From: a virus
Virus record (IMG/VR): IMGVR_UViG_3300025289_000025
Location: 1 to 64,000 of that record
DNA length: 64,000 nucleotides
Direction: 5' to 3' (one strand)
Below, one piece after another: positions 57,404-64,000 of the stretch. The position numbers and the translations under genes were made by a program. The stretch's first letter is position 1, and each line of letters opens with the position of its first letter. The notes below the pieces were generated by a model. It was not told the DNA's origin. It saw only the letters and a program-made list of their open reading frames with translations, and made no database searches.

Positions 57404-58206
57404 ATTTCCTCCATTTTGATATAAGAAAAAATTTCCCTTTTTTCCAAAGGGCAAAGTTTGTCCTTAAATGCCTCAAGATTTTTGTTATCTAGAGATCCCC
57501 CATCATTAACCAATTTATTTTGGTTCAATATGATAGGATCTGTATAGAAAATATATCTCAAATATTCGTTTAAAAATTTGATATTTCGGGAGAAATTGAA
57601 CCGGAAATAAATTTGGGAGTACCCCAAATCCCATATATTTACCCCCAAAATATAATTATTTTTATCTACCAAAATTTTTCTATTATTACCATGAAAAAGG
57701 TAATTTAGCATAACTTCATCATCATGTATTTCTTGATCTTCCCCCTTGGTACCAACCCATTCCAGAAATAACTTTTTCAAATCCTCCTCATGATCAGAGG
57801 TTGCTTCAATATATCGTAGGGGGGCATTCCCATATCGGCCAGGGAATTTGCGAATATTTTTCCTAAAGATAGACCAACGACCCCCTTCCATTTTCAAAAA
57901 GTTTTTGGGATCATAGATATACTCAAAGGATAAAAATTCCTTCTTATAATCTGAGGACATTTCCCAATTATGAAAACAAGCCCAAATTTTGTTCATGGGA
58001 ATAATCCAATCTGAAGGAGGGCTTTTAACTAACTCCCCCGTTAGTGAATTTATTGGCGGCCCTATGAACCACTCGTGTTGTTTCCAATATACATAATCTC
58101 CACAAGTTTGCTCTTCAATTCCAGATCGTTCAAAATATTCTTGACTGCATGGAAAAGTTGGAGTAATTTTATATTTCTCAAGCAATTTTAAGTAATTACT
58201 TTTCAC
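57400..58206 (-). CDS. DUF2156 / MprF-C-terminal-like (tRNA-dependent aminoacyl transferase fold) protein
   Basis: EYIYDPKNFLKMEGGRWSIFRKNIRKF and VNDGG....NL..FK.KL.P resemble DUF2156 motifs. Confidence 0.6.
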   Translation of the reverse strand: MKSNYLKLLEKYKITPTFPCSQEYFERSGIEEQTCGDYVYWKQHEWFIGPPINSLTGELVKSPPSDWIIPMNKIWACFHNWEMSSDYKKEFLSFEYIYDPKNFLKMEGGRWSIFRKNIRKFPGRYGNAPLRYIEATSDHEEDLKKLFLEWVGTKGEDQEIHDDEVMLNYLFHGNNRKILVDKNNYILGVNIWDLGYSQIYFRFNFSRNIKFLNEYLRYIFYTDPIILNQNKLVNDGGSLDNKNLEAFKDKLCPLEKREIFSYIKMEEI

Positions 58207-58394
58207 CGACTTTTCCTTTCAACAGCCTCAACGATATTCTCCACCGCTTCTTTTTGCCTATCCGTTACATGACTATTTTCTTCTACAGTATTTGCAATCC
58301 CCGACAGCGTTTCTTCGGCCCAATCGTAATCTGGGTCTGATAAATAATCATTTATTTCTTCTATGAAATTTTCCCAACTACATTCTTGACACAT
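58203..58394 (-). CDS. Hypothetical protein
   Basis: SD and operon fit. Confidence 0.55.
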   Translation of the reverse strand: MCQECSWENFIEEINDYLSDPDYDWAEETLSGIANTVEENSHVTDRQKEAVENIVEAVERKSR

Positions 58395-58618
58395 TTATGG
58401 TTATCCTCCTCTGCTCGTATAATTCCTATATCAACCCCTTCTTCAAGGATGAATATTTTTACTTTTCCTTTCATTCCTATAGGCAAATTATCTTCTGCTA
58501 GTTTTCTAATTTTTTCAGAATTTTCTGGTTTAATTTTGTAAGGAATCTTGATAATCATTAGATCGTTTTCTCTAACTTCTAGCGTTTGAACACTTTTAAC
58601 AAACTCAATTTCGTTCAT
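58361..58618 (-). CDS. Hypothetical protein
   Basis: Operon fit. Confidence 0.5.
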   Translation of the reverse strand: MNEIEFVKSVQTLEVRENDLMIIKIPYKIKPENSEKIRKLAEDNLPIGMKGKVKIFILEEGVDIGIIRAEEDNHKCVKNVVGKIS

Positions 58619-58827
58619 ATTTTTTCCTCTACAGTTTTAAACGAGGCGGACCATCCACATCCAGACCAATGTTTGCAGGGACCATTTACTTTGCAATAGG
58701 GGCATGGGCCATCTAACTTTCCCCATAGTCGATTTATCTCTTTAAGTATTGACTTCAATTCCTCTGGTTCGCATATCCCACATAGGGCAAAGGGAGGTAC
58801 TTCGTGGGTACAATTAGAAAGTCTCAT
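58615..58827 (-). CDS. Cys-rich hypothetical protein
   Basis: C.H....C..C, CPYC...C.H. Confidence 0.45.
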   Translation of the reverse strand: MRLSNCTHEVPPFALCGICEPEELKSILKEINRLWGKLDGPCPYCKVNGPCKHWSGCGWSASFKTVEEKI

Positions 58828-59257
58828 TTTTTCCCACCGTCTTCAGCGCGGCGCGGCAGATGGCGAGAGGGGCGGACGGTTCATCCCATCCCTGCTTACC
58901 ATCAACGACAGTACATGACTTTTTGTCGATCCCGGTTCCCCTCTCTTCGCCTATCGCGTCTCTCATAACACAAATCCACGACGCTCCGTCATACCATTCA
59001 TTACCAATAACGCTTACTTTCCATTGGTTTTGTCTGAAATGCTCCATGACCTGCCACGCAGCGGAAATGGAGGTGGAATACATCGGAGGCCCAGCTTTCT
59101 TTGGGAAACACTTGCCCATTTCATGCTCACACTTCATGTCATTCATCATCTCGCCTATATGAAAGCGACTCCATCCGTCGCATGGCACAGACCCCATGAT
59201 CTTCTCCGCCACCAGCGCGTCCATCTCGCGTCCTGTGAGCATATCGTCGGGATTCAT
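58814..59257 (-). CDS. Phage ABA-sandwich (BC1872-like) protein
   Basis: GREMDALVAEKIMG, YSTSISAAWQVME, APLAICRAAL; visibly GC-richer than neighbours. Confidence 0.8.
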   Translation of the reverse strand: MNPDDMLTGREMDALVAEKIMGSVPCDGWSRFHIGEMMNDMKCEHEMGKCFPKKAGPPMYSTSISAAWQVMEHFRQNQWKVSVIGNEWYDGASWICVMRDAIGEERGTGIDKKSCTVVDGKQGWDEPSAPLAICRAALKTVGKNETF

Positions 59258-59368
59258 TTATTTCCCCCTCCCTCGGCTTCGCGTTTCTTTCTTTCCTCAT
59301 CCCCAGGAAAATCCTTCGTCCAATCAAGTCCCCCCTTATCCAATAATCCCTTTGGAGAAACCCCCGAC

Positions 59369-60199
59369 TTAGATGATTTTCCTCCTTTTGAGGATTGGCT
59401 CAGCAACCGTTCGACTAACTTTTTGGATATACTCCCCGTTTTCCGACTTTTTCCGCCCATGCATAACCTCCCCTAAATCAGCTATTGTCCCGCAGTCGTC
59501 ATAAATGCACCCCGCAATAACCCCTGATATATTATTATGCAATCCCTCAATTATAAAGTATTGCAGTTCTTCTGGAAAATAAATGTCTACCTTCTCATTG
59601 AAATTAAATAGTGCCAAGAAATCACCAGTCCTCATTCCCATGGGGGAAAGAGAATCTGGAAGAACATCTTCTGGTTCTGTTAGGCCGAGGCCCTCCATTT
59701 CCATTTTTCTTTCGAGTTGGATTAGAGATCCGACATAGATATCTCGTTGGAGTATTTTTAGTTCCCCCCCTTTAGTTACAAATTCAATATGCGATAAATT
59801 CTCGTCCAAGAGATCCAACGAAGATTTGCTAAAGGAAATTTTCCATTTCATTTTATCAGGACTATAAAATTTATAAAACAATTCTTCAACTTCTTGAAAA
59901 GTTTGATTGGGGATTCGGCATCTCTTGCTACGTATGAATTCCTCCCCTTTTTGAAGGAAAGTTATATTACTTCCGTCCGCAGTAAAATTTGGGGAATCAT
60001 AATCGCTCAAGAAAAATCTAATGGGGTCTTTGAATTCATTAACCGATGTTTCAAACCGAAGTAGTATAGTCTTATCGGAGTTCATAATATAAATGATATT
60101 TTCCCAACAGAATACAGCGTTTTTTTGAGTACCCCCCTGTTCCAAAGCAACTCCGTAAGTGAATACCCTTTCAACCTCTAATTCATTTCGAAGTCCCAA
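59369..60199 (-). CDS. Hypothetical protein
   Basis: 276-aa ORF with SD in operon orientation. Confidence 0.7.
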   Translation of the reverse strand: MGLRNELEVERVFTYGVALEQGGTQKNAVFCWENIIYIMNSDKTILLRFETSVNEFKDPIRFFLSDYDSPNFTADGSNITFLQKGEEFIRSKRCRIPNQTFQEVEELFYKFYSPDKMKWKISFSKSSLDLLDENLSHIEFVTKGGELKILQRDIYVGSLIQLERKMEMEGLGLTEPEDVLPDSLSPMGMRTGDFLALFNFNEKVDIYFPEELQYFIIEGLHNNISGVIAGCIYDDCGTIADLGEVMHGRKKSENGEYIQKVSRTVAEPILKRRKII

Positions 60200-60200
60200 T

Positions 60201-60440
60201 TCAATTCCCCCTTGGAAATAGAGTCATAGGAACTGTAGATCCCTTGGATATCTCAAATGTTTTTCTATCTGCAATTTCCTTCCCCTTGGTAAATACGGTT
60301 ATCCATACAGTAAAGAATAGTATACAAACTTGAATGGCCAATTGCAATAATAATATAATTGTTAATACAAAAGATTTCCCCAATTTAACCCCCCGTTGGA
60401 CTAAATCTTTTCCTTCTTTTTTAAGATTCATTTGTAACAT
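60201..60440 (-). CDS. Small membrane protein
   Basis: Long hydrophobic segment. Confidence 0.5.
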   Translation of the reverse strand: MLQMNLKKEGKDLVQRGVKLGKSFVLTIILLLQLAIQVCILFFTVWITVFTKGKEIADRKTFEISKGSTVPMTLFPRGN

Positions 60441-60497
60441 CCTGTAGATTGAATAATCCTTGTGTGTCCGATTGGAAATGACCTCTCTATTTTTAGT

Positions 60498-60701
60498 TCA
60501 TTTTTCAATTTTTTTCTCCCTCATTTTTCTATGATATTCTATTTTAGCTTCTGACATTTTTTGTCTAGTTTCTTTGCTCATAGGATGTTCTTGATAATAT
60601 TTTATTTTGAATTCCGATAATTTGGTCTTTCTTTCTTTGCTCCAAGGTTCGTGCATCATTCTATTTATTTTATTAACTATTACATATATCCCAGAAGCCA
60701 T
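60498..60701 (-). pseudogene. Internally deleted GIY-YIG/NUMOD3 endonuclease
   Basis: MASGIYVIVNKIN joined directly to MSKETRQKMSEAK; YIG and catalytic core missing. Confidence 0.65.
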
Positions 60702-60706
60702 TATTT

Positions 60707-61378
60707 TTATTCCTTTATTTCCAATAGATTAAAAAACCCCTCTGCTCCCGATTGAAAATGGCCTTTCATATATTTATTCCCTTGTAAAAACCACTCTAAC
60801 CCCCTTCTTTTTACGGAGTTGGAGAAAGTATAAAAGCATTCATCTGATTTTTTATGTTTATTTAATAGTCCAATGAAACAAAATTTATTTATGCAATGAT
60901 TTGCAGTCGTCCTGTCAAACTTAAATTCAATTGCTGATTGATCTGGCCCAAATTCTCTTCTAATGAAATCTACAATATCTGGAACTTTTATTTTAGTTAA
61001 TTTATTTTCAGAATATATTTTGATAAAATATCGCCACATATACCAACTGAGGCGATCATTAGGATTCACCCCATGATTTTCCACGTAGTCTAAATCAACT
61101 CTCCCCTCCCCATCCATAACTGTTTTTTTGTTGGCCTCTATACAACTTTTAGAATATGCAGTAGAGTCAGGATATTTGGGTTTCTTTGTTCTTTTCTTTT
61201 TTTCCGCAGTTACTTCAAAAGCTAAACGAGAAAATTTAATTGAAACTTCTACTAATCCCATATTGGATTTGGCATGGATGGTAAATTCCTTAACATCATC
61301 AAGCATTTCGTTGGTTTCTGCATTAACCACTTTAACATCTTTGACCAATCCTGTAGGACTAACAATTTTCAGTTTCAT
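60707..61378 (-). CDS. Hypothetical protein, possible winged-helix C-terminus
   Basis: 223-aa ORF. Confidence 0.6.
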   Translation of the reverse strand: MKLKIVSPTGLVKDVKVVNAETNEMLDDVKEFTIHAKSNMGLVEVSIKFSRLAFEVTAEKKKRTKKPKYPDSTAYSKSCIEANKKTVMDGEGRVDLDYVENHGVNPNDRLSWYMWRYFIKIYSENKLTKIKVPDIVDFIRREFGPDQSAIEFKFDRTTANHCINKFCFIGLLNKHKKSDECFYTFSNSVKRRGLEWFLQGNKYMKGHFQSGAEGFFNLLEIKE

Positions 61379-61542
61379 TTGGAACCTTTCTTTTTCTTGG
61401 TAGGAATAATTAGAGGAGGTTTATATTCATCTATTAAAGATTGCAAAACTTCTTGTGGGCAACCGCCATTATATTTACAATTGCAAGTAGATGCCCTTAA
61501 ATAATCTTTAGCAGCCTTGATCAATTTTTTTGTATAATCCAT

Positions 61543-61923
61543 TTATTCGCCTTCCGTTAATTCGGCATCTATGGCTGTTTTTTCCACCCACTTATATTTA
61601 CAAGAACAACTACGATGGAGATGCCCTTTTTCTCCGTAGGGGCATTTTAAATTTTCATTTGGTATATAATACGGATATTTTGTTTCTAAATCCCAACGTA
61701 TTCCTAAGCAAAAATAGGTATATATAGGGCTAGAATGACATATAGGGCATTTAGAGTTTTCACAAAAAGGTTGAATAGTTTGCGAAGGAAGGGGGTTAGG
61801 CCATTCTATGGGATTAGTTAGAATACTCCCACATCTTTTACAATGGGTTCCCCCTATTAATATCCCCCTTTTAGGATTGGTAGCAACAGGCTTATGAATT
61901 CCCCAAAAACAACGTAAATTCAT
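61543..61923 (-). CDS. Cys-rich hypothetical protein
   Basis: LRCFWGIH...CKRCG; CPIC; HLHRSC.C.Y.W. Confidence 0.55.
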   Translation of the reverse strand: MNLRCFWGIHKPVATNPKRGILIGGTHCKRCGSILTNPIEWPNPLPSQTIQPFCENSKCPICHSSPIYTYFCLGIRWDLETKYPYYIPNENLKCPYGEKGHLHRSCSCKYKWVEKTAIDAELTEGE

Positions 61924-62303
61924 ATCCTCGCCTCTGTAAATACTTTATTCCATAATATCGTTATAGGTATTTTCAATTTCCGTACTCCATATTGTTCTGG
62001 AAATCGGATAGCAAATTCCAACTCCCCCGATTCTTTGACTAATACAAATAAAATCATATCGGCCTCTGTTCCCTTATCAAAGTGGAATCTCCCTCTTCTT
62101 CTCTTCCATTTTCCCTTAACACTTTCTGAATGTATCCATTCTTGGCACGATTTTATTTCTATCTTTGCATCTCCCACCGTAACGTCGTATCCAGCTTTAT
62201 AATCTGGTTTAATCGGAGGATCTTTGAAAAAGTCCCCCAAATATTTGAGTACTCTTTCGTCAGATTCGCTCCAGTGTCTTGAAAAGAATCCTTTATTTTT
62301 CAC
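61920..62303 (-). CDS. PD-(D/E)xK nuclease-like protein
   Basis: GYDVTVGDAKIEIKSC. Confidence 0.55.
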   Translation of the reverse strand: MKNKGFFSRHWSESDERVLKYLGDFFKDPPIKPDYKAGYDVTVGDAKIEIKSCQEWIHSESVKGKWKRRRGRFHFDKGTEADMILFVLVKESGELEFAIRFPEQYGVRKLKIPITILWNKVFTEARI

Positions 62304-64000
62304 CGGACCAAATTTTCTAACATTTCTAAGCGGAAGTCAGAACTTTCAATATATCTCCAAACTATATTTCCTTCTCGATCTCTTCCATAAGGTTCAATTC
62401 CCTGGGCCCAATCCACCTGATATGCTTGATGTCCCCCAAGATTCCACGAATTCTTTACTTCTTGCATTAAGGTTTCTGATAACCACCCCCCACGTTCCTC
62501 TACGAAAGCGTTATATTTCCCCCACGTTACTGGGTGGGGTCCGTTATCCCGAACAAACCTAGCAGCAATCATGTTGTTCCCGTAGGAGAACCCTCCACCC
62601 AGGGGTAAGTAAACATCTGATACGGAGCAGCAGATTTCATCATTATTGATCGGGGAATTCCCGAAATCGAAGGTGGAAGTTGAAAATCCCTCGGATTTCA
62701 TCATTTTCATAAATTCTCCTAAAATCAAAGAACCCAACCACTGACTATCTGACATTAGCAAAAACATTCTACGAAAATCTATTCCTTCCATTTCCATTTG
62801 GCGTTCAACTCCAGGGGCAGAAGCGGAGTAGCTATATGTATCAAAAGTGATATGTTTAATCCCTGCTTCCCTGACTCCCTGTATCCATTTTTGAACATAA
62901 TAAGGATCATCGTTCACAAAGACCATGAATGGCTCGATCCTTGCGACAACCCTAACCCCTGCATCCGTAAGGGCTTTTACAGCAAGCATGCGTTTCTCAA
63001 AAGACGGGGCGCCAGGTTCCAACTTTTTATTTAGAATACCATCTGAAGATATCGCCGTCATATGAACAGCAGCACCACCTTTATTATCTGCTAGTGCCCT
63101 AACGTAATCTTCTCTTCCGATTAACGCAGACTTAGTGTTCACCATTATGGGATATGCAATATCAGATAAATATTGCATAAAATTCAAACTGATTCCTTTT
63201 TGAGCTTCGATAGGAAGAAAATCTTCAAATCGAATTCCTAGACGGATGGGAATTTGTAGACTGATTGCTTTATTTAATTCTGGGCCATCTATTTTCTTTC
63301 CCCTATATGGCATTAATTTATCCATCTCTGCTCGAAAGTATTCTGGACGGCAGTGGCGTATTCCAATTTCCTTGGGGTTATCAAAGAATGAAGTATAAAG
63401 AGAACTGCGAAAAGAGTCCGCAAAACAATTATGTACAAGAATTCCCTCTGCAAAATAATTATTATTAGGTTGACACTCAAAATTATAGACTATTTTTTTA
63501 CCACTAGTTTTTGCTCTAGATATAGATTCAATTCTACTCCATTCCCATTTAGAAACACTATTAGATTTAGAATAATATGGGGATATCATCATATCATGCA
63601 TATTTAATTTATTTGCTTCTATCCAACCCCTAGTAGTAAATATTGTATGCTCTGGGGTTAACTTTAGAATATTATTTTTAGTTTTGATAACTATTAAGTC
63701 TTCGGTAGCTCTGCTCATTATTTTTTGAACGATTGATTTTTCTTCTATCAATAAACTATTATAAGTATTTAGAGAAACAACCTCATCTCCCTCTTTAATT
63801 TTTTCTATATTCTTTTTTATACCATTCCACATTTGTATTTTGGTTTTAGGAGGTAAACAATATTTGCATGCGTAGCTGCAATTATGAACTAATTGGGAAG
63901 ATGCAAAGAAATTGCTATTTCTATCTACAGTTAAATCAAATACAGCAGTAGGTTTACTAATTTTCCGTAGACTTTTTATTTTCTTAAATCTAGTTTGCAT
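62300..64000 (-). CDS. Radical SAM enzyme (SplB/Rv2578c-like) interrupted by two inteins; N-terminus at or beyond window edge
   Basis: Spliced motif CSYACKYCFA; VNTKS, LEPGAPS...R, L..AG..V.AR.EP. Confidence 0.85.
   Translation of the reverse strand: MQTRFKKIKSLRKISKPTAVFDLTVDRNSNFFASSQLVHNCSYACKYCLPPKTKIQMWNGIKKNIEKIKEGDEVVSLNTYNSLLIEEKSIVQKIMSRATEDLIVIKTKNNILKLTPEHTIFTTRGWIEANKLNMHDMMISPYYSKSNSVSKWEWSRIESISRAKTSGKKIVYNFECQPNNNYFAEGILVHNCFADSFRSSLYTSFFDNPKEIGIRHCRPEYFRAEMDKLMPYRGKKIDGPELNKAISLQIPIRLGIRFEDFLPIEAQKGISLNFMQYLSDIAYPIMVNTKSALIGREDYVRALADNKGGAAVHMTAISSDGILNKKLEPGAPSFEKRMLAVKALTDAGVRVVARIEPFMVFVNDDPYYVQKWIQGVREAGIKHITFDTYSYSASAPGVERQMEMEGIDFRRMFLLMSDSQWLGSLILGEFMKMMKSEGFSTSTFDFGNSPINNDEICCSVSDVYLPLGGGFSYGNNMIAARFVRDNGPHPVTWGKYNAFVEERGGWLSETLMQEVKNSWNLGGHQAYQVDWAQGIEPYGRDREGNIVWRYIESSDFRLEMLENLVR
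63428..63859 (-). mobile_element. Mini-intein (144 aa, no endonuclease)
   Basis: KY|CLPPKTKI ... LTPEH ... VYNFE...NNYFAEGILVHN|CFA. Confidence 0.92.
63881..64000 (-). mobile_element. C-terminal block of another intein
   Basis: KIKSL...VFDLTVDRNSNFFASSQLVHN|CSY. Confidence 0.9.

Noticed and set aside
1-64000. Prophage boundary, integrase or host genes
   Set aside because: No integrase, att site, rRNA or housekeeping block seen; lifestyle and host cannot be determined from this window

Overview
The window is a 64-kb stretch of a large tailed dsDNA phage genome (HK97-type head, lambda-like non-contractile tail), cut inside a gene at both ends. It has two convergent blocks that meet at 34939-34942. 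The + strand (1-34942) carries the virion operon: TerL, a portal-MuF fusion, protease, major capsid, connectors, tail tube, G/GT frameshift chaperone, tape measure, M/L/NlpC proteins, a split J, and a long 19-aa-repeat protein. The - strand (34939-64000) carries replication and recombination genes: SbcCD, RuvC, RecA, 5'-3' exonuclease, gp32-like SSB, clamp loader, UDG-PolA and a sliding clamp. The most unusual feature is a glycan-building and tailoring enzyme set placed inside the virion operon. About 8.4 kb directly behind the capsid gene encodes Zn-ribbon proteins, a 1058-aa GT/GT9/B12-radical-SAM fusion, a GT-A, three methyltransferase-like proteins and a GT4. A further GT2 sits just before the tail tube gene, and a GT4-MTase-GT2 fusion plus a SPASM radical SAM lie on the other strand. 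I infer a virion glycosylation system with methylated glycans. Other points of note: two inteins bracketing the CxxxCxxC motif of a radical SAM enzyme, an intein in the UDG domain of the polymerase, a TnpB cassette that left a duplicated recoded gene start, and several multi-branch structured intergenic RNAs. All family assignments come from reading motifs by eye; no database search was run.
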